A program made the position numbers and the translations under genes. The notes beneath the pieces were generated by a model. That model did no database searches, was not told where the DNA came from, and was given only the letters and a program-made list of their open reading frames with translations. A stretch of DNA of 64,000 nucleotides from Setoptus koraiensis (Eukaryota > Animalia > Arthropoda), in NCBI GenBank assembly GCA_048013815.1, contig CM106585.1:20212001-20276000 (forward strand). Direction: 5' to 3'. Shown in pieces: positions 47,601-61,189 of this stretch. Positions within the stretch are counted from its first letter, which is position 1, and each line of letters starts with the position of its first letter.

Positions 47601-50600
47601 ATATGTGTTATTCGTTTGACGTTCAGACAAATTTCTATCCCAGCGCCAACTTGATTACAAAGCGCAGAAGAAGAGGAGAGAAGAGAAGAGAAAAGGAACA
47701 AAAAGAATACCACTTACCTATAATAGATTACACAGATGCCAAATGTAGAAATCATCCAAGACTGATCAATGATCATGCAACTTCATCTGTTTGCGATGAT
47801 CTCGGCTGCAGAGTCTGTAATGATCTTGTTGTGCTGGCATGATTATGATGAATATTGTATAACCATAACGATAATCACACGCTCAAGCGGCCCTGTTCGC
47901 GAACAGCGCCGCCAGAATCAACTGCCAGAAATTCATCGTATGATACGTGAGATACGTGAGATGATATCTGTCATTGGCCTCAATCGTATTAATTTAGGGC
48001 ACAATAGACATAATTGCAATCCATCTGCTGTGGGAGAGAATCTATACGTTGTTAGCAATACTTGGCTGTGATATTGTGAGGATAGGTGAATTTCAAAACA
48101 GTTGCGCGATGAGTGTTGTGGTTGAAGTGAAGACATGCAGACAGCATCAAATTAGACAGCGAGACCCGTTCTACGGCCAGCACTCTTGACCAATCAATCA
48201 TAGTGGCAATGTCTGTTGGCCAGCGCCACAACTCATATTGACTGCTTGGGCATAAAGCGCAATCACTAATGGATTCATGATAAATCACCGAGAGAGAGAG
48301 AGAGAGAGAGGGGCTCACAGTGCACAAAAGCGATGACAATGGCCAGAGATGATTATTATGTAATTTTAGTTGTGGCGGTTGTTGATCGCAGTAGGTCGCT
48401 CCGACGGAGCGACTGCAAGCTAAAGATATGGTAATGTAATTAGCAGTAATAATCAGGCAAGAGTTGCCTCTCGAAAAATATAACTTTTTATTAACTAAAT
48501 CACTACCGGTAAAATATAGCTAGTTGTTGCGAGCCATTATTGGTGGAGCTAATTAATTCTTTTGCACATATTTACCCTGCACAACTGCTTACAACTGTTG
48601 TCAGTCGGGTAGCGGCGCTTGTGGCAAGCATATAGCATATATATTGAGAGAGTCGTAGACGATCATCATCATTGATCAGTATTCATCACCGCAGAATCGC
48701 ATCTCAATAGATATTTGGCTAGATATTGCGAGGCTAACGAGGCTTCTCTGAGCCTGATTGGAGGTTCTTGTTCGACATGATCGTTCGCCACATACGCTCT
48801 TCTCAATGAGTAGAGATGGGAATATGTTTGTTTGTGTGTGTGTGTGTGTGTGTGCCTTAAATGATAGCCATAAACCTTTGTAATAACGAGCTACTGGTAT
48901 TGAATGCCCAAAACCATAACCATTATCTTACTGATTGCATTAACGATCGTGGAGATCCTCTGGCAGTGCCATCATCACCACCATCGACAGAAACCATCAA
49001 AAAGCTACTTGTTGTTGTTGTTTCGTATGGCTCAGAGCAAACAAACTTGGCAGCAAAAAAAAGAAGAGATGAAAAAAGAAAAGTGTTCGTGTGTGTGTGT
49101 GTGTGTGTACAACAGATAAACATTGGTATCATTAGTATCAAGTTAATGATGATGTTCATCATCGACAACGAAACTGGTTGACGTGTAATTGTTACGCACG
49201 TCATCATTGAATAAAGGAATAGAAATAGAGATAATCATCATTAGATGATGTTAGTCAGTTTACTTAGTGTCTAATTGTCACAGTTGGCACACACTAACCA
49301 ACTAACACACACACACACAAATTGGCGTACGACCTCGAAACATCATCATCACAAATCACCTGTTTACATCTCTAGCTATAGCTAACTATAGTCCATCGCA
49401 ACAAAACAAATTTATGGCCACTGTCTCGCTAAAATACATTACAATTTTAGTGGCGAGCATGTGTCGAATTGGGTTGTGTCTCATCCGATCCATTCATTCA
49501 ATTACAGGCTCACAATTTGTTGTTGTTGTTGTTGTTGGTCACTTGTGACCAACAACGACGTGTTTTGTTGTTCTGTCACCTGGCGACAGTGGTCGCCTTA
49601 TGTTTTAGGCAATTAATCTACAGGTTGCCGACAACAAGGCGATAATGACAGATACAACCAACAGAGACAGCTCTGACAAGTTTGACACACGCACACACTG
49701 ACACGAATTCGACAGCTCATTTCGAAAACAAGTGTTACGTGCAACTCGCACGTTGCACTTGTTATGCTAATGTTGTTGTCATGCACCCAAGGCTTGTTGT
49801 TTGGCCGGCACGCATTTGAATGCCGGCACGAGTGAAATTGGCGTCTCGAAATCGCATCCGGTGCTCACCTGTTTCTGTTACAAGCACAGATAGTCTATCT
49901 AGAGATGGATGAGCAGTTTTATGCCGGTGAAAAGTTTTGGGGCGCCACCAAAGCGTGTTTCGATGCGGCTCTTATCTCGCTGGTGCGATGCGGAGGAAAC
50001 GGGCGTGTCCACGGGACACTCACCCGATCGGGAATATCGAGTGAGAACTTCGGGATACTGGCACTTCAGATAACTATTAGATGAGGAAATGAAATGAAAT
50101 CATTTATGCCGGCACATTCTTGTGCAATTGCGCGCAAACGCAACTGTTGTTACTTTATCGGTTGGTGATGATTTACGGTGATCAATTTGTTTGACGAATC
50201 GTTATCGTCGGTTCTGTTCGAATCATGTTATAGCACCACCAGAGAGGTGATCATCATTAAGATTGAGCTAACTGCCACTGAGCCAGCCCGACAGAGAGGG
50301 AGAAAGTTATCACCAACTGTCTAGTGTTCATTTTACAACTGGCAGCTTGTTGTAAAATTGTGCACTACCATTGGATATGCCACAGAGAATAGCTTTGGCT
50401 CCACCTATTATTTATCAGTGAGAGTCTCTGATAGCGCCACGTTTAGTTGGCCACAATCGCGAGTTATCAGCAGTTGCTCAGGTAGTAAATTGCTTCGTAT
50501 CATCAAATGATAGTTGACTACTGTTAGTGGTTTAGGTGGCAACGACAACAATAGCAGCAACAGCAGCGACAGCTCTAGCGGCAGCGCCAGCCATAGCAGA

Positions 50601-51401
50601 AAGTAGCTGAGACTCTGAATGCCAAACATGGGCAGATATTGACAGATAGTCCTGTCAGATAATATTAAAAGTATTCAGCGCAACCATCGATCAGTCTCAG
50701 TTTCTTTTTTAGCATAAATGAATCGAATCGGATCAAAAAATGACGATCAACAACAAAAAGGCAACACTGTCAATGTTGCTGTTATCTGTTTAATAATAGC
50801 GGTCGATCATGAACATAGTGCACACAAGAAAGTTATCTCCCTATCACCCGTCCTATTCGCCACTTTCTACTCACCTGCCTGTCCTATAATTAGCCCGCTT
50901 GTGACTCTAGAGACCTCTTTTTGTTTTCTATATAAAATTTTTCTAGTTTACAAGTGAGCGAGGCTTGCAGAAACTCACACACACCGAGCACAATAGCACT
51001 TGATCGCACTTAATACTCATTTTCATTTATTACAACACTGTCTGATAAATGAATGATTTTTCTCAACAACAACAACAAACAATCACCATCGTGAATCATA
51101 TAATCGGAAGAACATTAGTGATCTGTCACTCAAATCACACAAAACTGTAAACAAATCAAAGTGGTGGCTGACACTACAACAATACGCGACTCGAGCTGCT
51201 CTAACACACACACATTTACAGAGTACTTACAGTGAAGCACCCATAGTTAGATAATAATCATAATTGCTTGATTGCTGTTCAGCATAAATGAAATTTGTGT
51301 GAATGTCTAGCACGAATGTTGAGCAAACTCGACCACTTTGATCAACACTAGAAGCTAGTTAATCATCTTTGACCATCATCAATGGTCACCGCAAGCCAAT
51401 C

Positions 51402-52462
51402 ATGATGATTGTTTCTCATCATCACTACCAGGCAGACAAAAAGAAGAACGACGAAGAAAGAGAAGCAGAACAACAACAAGTGGGGGAAGTGGACGAGACA
51501 CAGACAGAAACAGGGGCAGAGGCAGAGGAGGAAGAAGGAGAAGGAGAAGTGGAAGAGGGAGCAGAGGAATCAGAGAGGCCACAATTCAATCTCATTGGAA
51601 CAGGCGAAGAACATCATCAACAAGTAAGTCATAGATACTGAAAAAGTGATACTTCTCTTCGGCATGCTTAACTAGCTATGACCACTGTACCAACTGGCCG
51701 CTGGCATACTATGTGTGTGTGATTTACCAATATCGGCGACCACGGCCAACAACAGGTTGTTGCTTATGATAACAGCTCAATTAGTTAGTCACGGTCAACA
51801 TTCTTAATCAATCATAATCATATCTTAGTTAGTGGCTGTATGCTGTATGCTTGCATTGCTATGCTAATTCCTTCATTCTCATTCGACCATCACCAACATA
51901 AAGAGCTGCTATTCATCACGTATAAAAATTATCACGTTTATCTCTCAAAACTAACTCCGTCCTGCTAAGTGACCGGCTAACTAACTGACTAACTAATTAA
52001 TAACCAGGGCTCGCCTGTGTGAGCACAAAAGAAAAATAAGAGAAGACCCGAACATGCCGACTACTACGCTCGACTCAACTGAATTCTCTCCCTCTCTCTC
52101 GCTCGTTTTTGCATGCTAATCTGCTCAAATCTACATGAATTGATGGTGCTCTAACCAAACCGAGTTCCATATCTCATCAACAGTATTGGTGAGATATTTA
52201 AGCATTGAGTAGCTACATGTTAAAAGTAACAAACTTGTAGCAATTTTTATTATTACATAGTGAACCAATTGCCGTTCACTTGCGCAACGATTTTGTCCGA
52301 ACAAGTGTACATGTGCGCTGGATGGAACAGGTAGAGAGGGAGAGACTATGATCATGACGATTATGAAATGATCACTTTCAATTGGCCATCTTCTGTTTTT
52401 GTCTAACTAAAATTTAATTCATTTCAATTGATTACATAACCATACGGCACATACGCTCACAC

Positions 52463-52512
<50 letters not shown>

Positions 52513-55500
52513 ACACGTTTACTACACTAATACCACTATACTATAACCACTAAACTGGCTGGTTAGCTGTTGATTTGCAGCAAACAATTTTGTTGTAGTG
52601 GTGATGTTGATTGTTGTTGGTCGTCATTACCGATGGTGTTGTTCTCTCTTGTTGGATGATCGAACGATACCCGTCTATTTACAACTATTCTTCAAACGAT
52701 TCATTTCATCGATAACTAATTCATCTCCATTCTCACTCCACTCGTCCGTCCGTCCGTCAACCACTACAACTCACAAACCACTACTTGTACCACTTATAAT
52801 ACACCACTACTACTACCACTAAACTACTACTATTATTTGGCAGCTCAATATAGATAGCCAGTATCAAAGTAGCAGAAAACAGCAACTACAACTTCAATTA
52901 TCATGTGGCAAAACTGTCCAATTGAATCAATTTCCAATTTTCAATGGAGATGATGCAAACTATTCAGCATATAATAATAGTAATATCGATTGTAACTATA
53001 CATTTATAAATTCAGTGATTGAGACATCAACAGATGATATTAATAACAATAGTTACAATAGTAGTAGCAGTAGCAGAACCAACAGCGAGCCAACAATCAA
53101 TAGTGATCATCAACCATCATCAACTAATCCAGAGAATGCGCTTCACAGGCGCCAGTCGCTATTAAAAGATTTTAATTTCCAAGATGATCAGCATCATTTT
53201 CTCCATAATCAACAACAGCAGCTAGATACGGTAGTGGTACAACAACAGTACAGTTCACCAGAGTCACCATTACTATCGCAGTACAATCATTATTATTATA
53301 ACAATCATTATCATCATCGTTCCATTGAAACAAACTCAATCAATACTAATTTGGATTCTACAGCTACTTCGTCTGTGTCAAACGTTTCGGACAAAGACGC
53401 AGCGTCGTCACGAGATATTGAGACACACGATATTGAGACACATCAACTCAACAATCAGCAACACCAACAAACTATATTAGCGGCCGCTGCGGAGACTGAT
53501 TCAAAGGTGGCAAATTATATCGATAAATTGGACTTGTTTGATGGTAATAGTGGCAGTGGTGAATTTGCTTCATCATCTCCACTGTCGTCGTCTATATCGT
53601 CTTCATCCTCGTCGTCGTCGCCATCGTTGTCGTCGCCGTTACTATCATCGTATCCAGCCTCAAATCAATCGTCGCCGGCCCTGATATCGCAGCGATTTAA
53701 TAGCAAAAACAAAGGATTAGTAAATCAATATCTGTCGTCATTCTCGTCGGCTGTGCCATCGCCATCGCCGACTGCATCAAATCAAGACGACTTAATATTG
53801 GACGAAGTAGCTAACGGTCAACACAACAAACCCATCATCACCGATATAAAGTCCTATCATTTAACTGATGATCCGTACAGTTTACGATTTGACCAATCGC
53901 AATCACAACAACAACATCTTCCACAAACAACAACAAACAACACAGAGAACAATCTGTACTATACTGATTTATTTGACGAAAACGAAAGTCAAATGTCCAT
54001 AAATTCAAACCAAGACCAATCTCCCCAGAGCAGCCAGCAGCATCAATTGCAACAAACGCAACAAGTCCAGGATGTCCATTGGCATTATCAGAGTGGCGAA
54101 ACGGCCGAATCGTTACCTAGTCTACACAATCAGTCAAACGATAACATATCGACCTCTGGATATCCCCAGCAGCGTCAGCGCCAGCATCCGAACCAGAACC
54201 ATTTACATCAAATGTATAATCAACAGCAACAGCCGAAGCAAGAACAAATCGATTCGGTCGATATAGACAGTAAGCAACACTTACAATCACTTGTATCAAA
54301 CATTAATCAGAGTTACGTACACAGCAATTCACCATTAACTGTTCATCAAGTATCATCGTCCCATTCGATATTGAATCCCCAACAACAGCAGCAGCAACAT
54401 CATAACCAACAACACCAGCAACACCAACAACATCAACAGCACCAGCAACATCAACAACATCACCAACATCACCATCAGCAGCAACAACAACAGGTAGAGG
54501 ACACACCGACAATACCCAGTCGAAACGAACATAGCACGATATTGCCGCGGCATCAGTATCATCACACTATGTTACCTCATCATGCTAGTCGGCCTGCATC
54601 ATCATCATCTTCGTCACATCATCCTCATCAAACAAATCAACTAGTTAGCCAGCATACGCACGTTGAGTCTATATCTCAAACGATTGATTTTAATCTTCAG
54701 GAAACACAAACGTATATAACTTCATCAGGAGACCATGGTGGACAAATGAATCTCAATTTGCACCATGCACCTATGAGCGGTAGAAGCGAAACTACAAATA
54801 TACAACAGCAACTGGACAACAACAATATTGATATTATTGCAACAGCAACATCGACAGCATCGTCCAACTGTCAACAACATCAACAACTGCATCAATCGTC
54901 ATATCATCATAATCAACTCATTCAATCTGATCAAGCTGGAAATATATCGTCTTTAGTTCAGCAGCCACCGAATAGTCAAAATAATATAGTCTCTAAAGGT
55001 AACAGCAGTACCAGTTCTACCATTCATCATATTCCGCTCCTACAACCTGGCGCCCCTTGCCAGAATCAGACATCTAGGCATCAGCAGACTGGCCCCGATT
55101 TCACACCTCAATTGGATTTGCCAGCGGATGAGATGCATCAGGCCTCCAATCAATCTCAGTTTTCATCTTCCGGTCAGCAACATCAACAAAGTTTGACTTC
55201 ACATCATCATGGCCACCAGTCGAGCTATCAGGAATATCATGTCCATCATCACAATCAGCAAAGTGGTAGTGCGGATCAACAAAATCTTCAAATCCAACAC
55301 CGTCAACACGGCAACCTATATCATCAGCAACACCAGCATCAACACCACCATCATCATCATCCATATCAAATTACTAAGCGTCAGAAGGCCCCGATAACTT
55401 CCAATACACAATACTCATTTTCAGGACCTCAATGCAGTTTTAATCAGAATATCAAGTTGCAACAGCATCGGACACCAACATCAGTCAATCTACTACATCA

Positions 55501-56347
55501 TCATCAGGAGTCCGTGATATCGCCACCTTTTGTGACCGATGTCCAATTAGATAGACAAACATCGTTTGTAGTTCCATGTCCAACCGGCAGACGTCAAACA
55601 GGATCTCTTCCTTCGAGCCGCTCCCAACCAATTGTGGTCTCTTCAATGCTTCACGCATCAAATGCTTCTAACCTATTGGAAAGCCAAGAATCACCTGTTT
55701 TATCTGGAACGGACAACGCTGGCAACACTATCTCAACACCAGCACCATTGTCAGGCAATGTTTACCTAGACCATGCAACTGGATCAAGTAGTCAGTGTGG
55801 TCGTTCATCAGATCTCAACAATGGTGATACAACCACGCCAGCGCTATCCGTGGCAACCTCATCATCATCTGCGCAAATGAACCAGTCACAAATTCAACAA
55901 CAACAACATCATCAGCAACAACAGCAGCATCACCAACACCACCATGCGCCTCAGCCCATATTTATGCAAAATGAGTGCAAGGTTTGTGGCGATTTTGCTG
56001 CCTGTCAGCATTATGGTGTTAGAACATGCGAAGGGTGCAAAGGTTTCTTTAAACGATCGGTTCAGAAAAATACCAAATATGCTTGCTCTGGCACAATGGA
56101 ATGTATTATTGATAAGCGAAGGAGGAATAGGTGCCCATTTTGTCGCTTCAAGAAATGCTTAGCCGTTGGCATGGTCAAGGAGGGAGTCAGAACGGACAGT
56201 CTAAAGGGTAGGAGAGGCCGTTTGCCTTCGAAGCCAAAATCCCCATCAACATGTCAAGCTCACCTAACGACCCAGGACAGGTCAAGTGAGGCTTTGCAAT
56301 TGACAGATAATCAATCCTTACAAGGTGACAACTTTAATAGAAACTAA
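51402..56347 (+). CDS. Hr38: NR4A/Hr38 nuclear receptor without ligand-binding domain; exons 51402-51623 and 52844-56347 (about 1,241 aa)
   Basis: [35 protein letters not shown]...[27 protein letters not shown] plus the NR4A A-box [19 protein letters not shown]. Phase-0 donor CAA|GTAAGT (51623) and acceptor GGCAG|CTC (52844) supply an ATG to an ORF that the track starts at TTG. Stop at 56347 with AATAAA at 56352. The first exon is less certain than the DBD call. Confidence 0.88.
52458..52510. repeat. (CA)n microsatellite
   Basis: About 50 bp of CA repeats in the Hr38 intron. Confidence 0.95.
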
Positions 56348-56451
56348 TATAAATAAATAAAATATACCAGACTGTTTTTTTCCTTTTAGTAACATTGTGA
56401 AAAATTCTTTTATGTCTTGAGAATCTCTAATTATTAATTTAACTGGACTCT

Positions 56452-57249
56452 TTATTCCTTCCTACAAACATTGTGAAAAACTTCTAATACTTCAGGCAGT
56501 TCTTGAAGACTCTCAATTAATTCTAAGGTATCGTCGAAATGATCATCTGACAACTCGATTCTCCTGTGGGGCACGAGTTCAGTGTATGAGGCTACAACAT
56601 TTAAGTTTTGCTTCTCTAAATCTACTTTGCAGTGGTTAATTCTCTCTGGTTCCACTGCGAAAAGCCAGGTTTCGTCCTCTTCACTTGGATGAACTTCCTC
56701 TGCGTTTGAGTTAATGGCTGCCTCTTCTGCAGTTTCAAAATCTATCGTTTTGCCATCTTTGGTAGTATTTGAGGTCTTCACAAAACCTTTCTCACTGAAT
56801 AACTGTAATAAGGTATTCTCAGTCGCCAGCTGAGCTGCCGATTTTTTCATTTTCTTTTTACAGTCGCGCCTAAGAACACCATAGTTGTCTGTTTCACACC
56901 TTAGAATTAAAACGCTTCCACCAGGACCAACGACTTCTAATAACTTTTGTTCTATTTTAATGTTTGCCGACCTCTGTATTGCTCTGTCCATAGTGGCTTT
57001 GGGTATATTTAATTTGGTGGCCTCATTTAAAACATCTGCCAAGGCTTTGTTTAATCTGGGATCTGTCTGAAGATTGTTTTGAACAACTGCACGCCTGACC
57101 ATGTTGACATACCGGGAATATAGTTTAGATTTATTAAGGTCATTTGCGCCCTTAGTTGACTTGATATTTTGCCATTTAGAATGTCCAGCGTATCTTGATT
57201 GGCACAGATAAATGAACCGGTGCATCGGCTGACGAGCGAGTGAGTTCAT
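56452..57249 (-). CDS. TACO1: Translational activator of COX1 (YebC/PmpR family)
   Basis: Basic presequence, then AGHSKWQNIKSTKG, N.KLNKAL..A.KLNIPKATMDRAI, EVVGPGG...ETDN and C-terminal EVFHN. Confidence 0.9.
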   Translation of the reverse strand: MNSLARQPMHRFIYLCQSRYAGHSKWQNIKSTKGANDLNKSKLYSRYVNMVRRAVVQNNLQTDPRLNKALADVLNEATKLNIPKATMDRAIQRSANIKIEQKLLEVVGPGGSVLILRCETDNYGVLRRDCKKKMKKSAAQLATENTLLQLFSEKGFVKTSNTTKDGKTIDFETAEEAAINSNAEEVHPSEEDETWLFAVEPERINHCKVDLEKQNLNVVASYTELVPHRRIELSDDHFDDTLELIESLQELPEVLEVFHNVCRKE

Positions 57250-58036
57250 GGCTGGTATATCTGAATTTGACAGTTATCATTACACAATAATTGTGATCTA
57301 CACGTAGTTTACTATTGGTTCGTCAAATATACCTATATCACATGTTTTCTCTAGCAAATACAACGTGTATTTTCCATTCTGATCACAATGCTCTAGACGC
57401 GAAATTTAAAAGTGTGGAGGTGGGCGTGGTAGGGCATGATTAAAACCCGATGGCGTCGCGCCCATTTCAATCTTGCTCTTCTCTTTTTTCAGTATCGGCG
57501 TTTTTTTAGGTTCAAAATGGTTCCAAGTTAAAAGGCCATAACCACCAATGTCCTATTATCCGTAGCAAGAAAAATCTTTAAAACCATTGAATATAAGAAG
57601 AGGCTGAAAACTTTGTTTCACTAGCGTCCCAGAATATGTAGCTCCCACATGAGGGGCAAACATTCCACGGGCATTGATCACATAGGGCAGCTATAACTTT
57701 TGATGAGGATTATCTCATCGCAGTTTGTCGATCTCATATTCAAAAATTAGAATTAAAGTTTCAGCCAGACGCGCTATAAAGGAACGCAGTCTGACTAACT
57801 CTCACCCCTACAAATATAATCCACCCGATTTCAATTCTAATAGCACAGTGGCTAGCGTTACACCTGGAAAGTGGAAATTCAGAATTGGTTTGAATTTGAA
57901 CTATTTTTAGACAAAGTAAGTTATTTTCTGCTACAGTCCACTCGACTGTCGACACGCGAGATAATTGAATCCTCCGACACTGTCCAGTTTTCGGTCAATT
58001 CTCATCTATATTAATACTTCAACAAACAAGTGGGCA

Positions 58037-58768
58037 ATGTTTTTCGTTCAATTCATATACGTCAGCGGTATCATTTACATAATTTATCTGTGCAATGAAA
58101 TCGTTGCTAGTCATCACAAAGACCCCGCCTCATCCCATCATGTCGATATACTGAGCGCTCACTCAAATGAACATGGGGCGCATTCAAGAAACACCAATCT
58201 GAAGAATCGCTTTAATTTAAATATTAGAGAATTAAATCTACTGATAGATGCCGTCAGAGGGGATATGATAATGATGGGAGGTTTGGCCTTTGGGGCCTCA
58301 GAGGAACTCAAAAGTATCTACAATGGCGATGAAGAACATGGTCCCACTATTGACGAGGCAATGAAACTTTACCGAGACGTGGCCCATCTAACGTATTTGA
58401 ATGCAACGTTAATTTTGGATAGTTTATATATGCAGAAGGCTTACCAAATGAACAGACTGGGTGAACAAAATTCCTCTAATGATGTCAAGTATTTTGATAG
58501 CGCTAAAAGATGGGAACAGAACGAAATATCTCAACGTAAAAAACAAGTCCTGAAACCTTTACGTGAGATCTTACGAGCACTCCAAAGTGAGGACGAAAAT
58601 AGCAAGCTTGATAATTGGTTAAATAGTAATACCAAGGACAACATCTTGGATGATGTTCAGCCCTCCAAGTATGGTCCGTATCCACTGTTTCGTAAACTGA
58701 TAAGGTTGGTTCGACACAACTATGTGCACGACATCTTGTCCATAAAAGCGATAGAATCTAGTAATTAG
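58037..58768 (+). CDS. Hypothetical secreted protein (243 aa from ATG 58037), unrecognised
   Basis: Intronless ORF with a hydrophobic N-terminus (MFFVQFIYVSGIIYIIYLCNEIVAS) followed by a His-rich segment and a full-complexity body. Confidence 0.65.
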   Translation: MFFVQFIYVSGIIYIIYLCNEIVASHHKDPASSHHVDILSAHSNEHGAHSRNTNLKNRFNLNIRELNLLIDAVRGDMIMMGGLAFGASEELKSIYNGDEEHGPTIDEAMKLYRDVAHLTYLNATLILDSLYMQKAYQMNRLGEQNSSNDVKYFDSAKRWEQNEISQRKKQVLKPLREILRALQSEDENSKLDNWLNSNTKDNILDDVQPSKYGPYPLFRKLIRLVRHNYVHDILSIKAIESSN

Positions 58769-59372
58769 ATAAAATAAGTTTGAATAAGTTATTGTGGGAG
58801 CATCAGGGATGAAATCAAAAACTAAATACAAGTCGTCGAGTTGGACTGTATCTTCCCATGACTCTCTTTGATAATCTCTATGATTTAAACCGAACAGCAA
58901 AAAGAGCTCTCCAGATAGAAAGAGAAGTTTTGAGTAGCGAATAAAGGAAAAGATTATGATCAGGAGAGAGAAAAGAGCGACATGCCGGCGATTCGATTAT
59001 AGAAAGTAAATTATAATTTCAGCCAGCATAAAATCTTTTTGATTGATTTGGACTGTTTGGCATGTGCATTTCATAGTGAAGCGCTTGACCGCCGGCAGAA
59101 GCAGCGGCAGTGCTTCGGGAGAAAATGTCTGTTCGCAGCACTTGTTGGTCATCGCTTATTCTTTCTCCGCTCCAAGCCATATGTTTCTTCGCCAATCAAT
59201 ATCAAGTTTTTTCTGTTTACATTCAACAAGAGGAGAGGCGCCGTTCGCACGTCAAACAAAATACAATTCATGGCATTAGTTTAGCAAAGATTATTTGCTT
59301 GCGATTTAATGTGCGTTCATCTACTGATAAATTGATTATTTAATGAATGACAAATAGCATCTCACAACAACG

Positions 59373-60926
59373 ATGGCTTTACCACCGGCACCAGTTCCGT
59401 ATGGATCTACTGAATTGCACCGACATTGCATGGCTTTTTATCCAAATCAACAGAACCCTCTCCAGATCAAAGCCGTCAAAAGCTTCATTCAAGGTGGTCC
59501 AGATCCACTGGATTTCGTAAATATATACTCAAATAAAGGAAATGGTAAAAGTATACCAAGGCATTGGCATTATGTGAGCTTTGGCTTAAGTGACCTCTAT
59601 GGAATAGGAAGTTTACCGATCAGCAGTTTCCTTGGTTTCTCATATCCGTAAGTAAAAGACATTTATGTTGTGTCCTGACTTGGTATCATTTTTCGGAATT
59701 ACCAAGTTAATATTACCAAATTGATATCTAATGATGTAATAATTGATGATGATTTATTCTCATAAATATCCAGATCAAGTGATAACGGCGAGAAGCTCAG
59801 TGGCTTTGGATTTGAACTGACATTCAGACTCAAGAGGGATGACGATGAACCCGAGGGCACTGATCCACCAATATGGCCAGCCACTGTGATGCAGGCTCTA
59901 GCTCGATATGTATACCAAACCAAAAATACGCTCTGCTCTGGCGACCATGTATCATGGCATTGCTCTTTGGATGAAAGTGAATCCAAGATAGGCCACATGC
60001 TCATGACAGATGACCCTCAATTGAAGCAGATCAACACGGCTTACGGAAGAGTAAAATTTGTTCAGATTGTCGGTGTCTGCGACGATGAACTAAAAGCAGC
60101 CCAACAATGGGAAGGTAATTCTATCATCTCTATAATGTCGAGGAAAGTTGAAACTGGAGGACCCTACCTCATCACAGATATGCGACGTGTTGAGACTATT
60201 TACGATCAAGATACCACTCAGAGCGAGATAGAAGAGGGAATAAGTTCGAATGGCTCCAATCTTAGTGGCGTTAGTGCCAAGTGCAAATGGAGCGAAAAAG
60301 AACCTAAGTGGTTGGTCAAGAGAACATTGTCTAGTGGTAGCGAATACGACACAGCAAATGAACGTGCGGATCTGATTGCCAATGGACAATCAAGTAAATA
60401 TCATAAATCAGGCCATGGTAGGAAAACAGCAAGTAGGAGCGCAAGTAGAAATGACAGCCGGTCAGAGTCGCGAATGTCCTTCTCACATGACCAGAATGCT
60501 AGAAATCAATCGAGAATGTCATATGAGAGCGAGACAGGGGCATCGGAGAGTGGCGAACTCCTGAACACTATCTACCTCAACAGTGTACACTTGAATTTCA
60601 ATATGGAATCCGGGCGGTTACTACCGCTAGTTCTTGAGGGCCGTCTAAAACATAATAGACATTTTACATTCAAAAGTATCAACGGGGACATAGCTATAAC
60701 TTTTGTTACGGACTTGATTCAGGGAACTCATGCATCGCTCAACTCTCCTTTCGCTAAGCATGGCCCTTGGCTACAGATATTCATATCGGAAGAGGTTAGA
60801 CAAGAGATGCTGGATGACTTGAAAGAGTTGACCGAACAAACTTCCAAAGTAGATCTACCGAAAACCTATGGTCCTTGGCATATAAGTTCTGACCGTAAGA
60901 TGACAATTACAATAGTCACGGATTGA
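59373..60926 (+). CDS. SUFU: Suppressor of fused; exons 59373-59647 and 59774-60926
   Basis: YPNQQNPLQ, GGPDPLD, HWHYVSFGLSDLYG, SGFGFELTFRLKR, WPA.VMQALARYV and GSNLSGVSA; phase-2 intron CC|GTAAGT...CCAG|A. Confidence 0.95.
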
Positions 60927-61189
60927 TGAGACTGAGAAAACAAACTCGTGTGGCTAACCAAATGTAAATAGATATACAAATCATTTTCCACCGATCAATA
61001 ATCATATGTAATCTCATTTGAGGTTCAGCTTGATGTGACTACTATAGGAATTTAAGACAAAGATAATGCGAATTTTGTGGTCGGCATGTATCCGATTTTT
61101 TTAAAGATTAAAGTAACTTAAGTACTATTTCTTTTAGACTCTACAGTGTATAATGTTTTCTTTCTCAGTAAATGTACATTTTAAAACGA

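Noticed and set aside
46675-48339. Short ORFs of 60-105 aa on both strands
   Set aside because: No recognisable domain and no consistent splice chain could be assembled.
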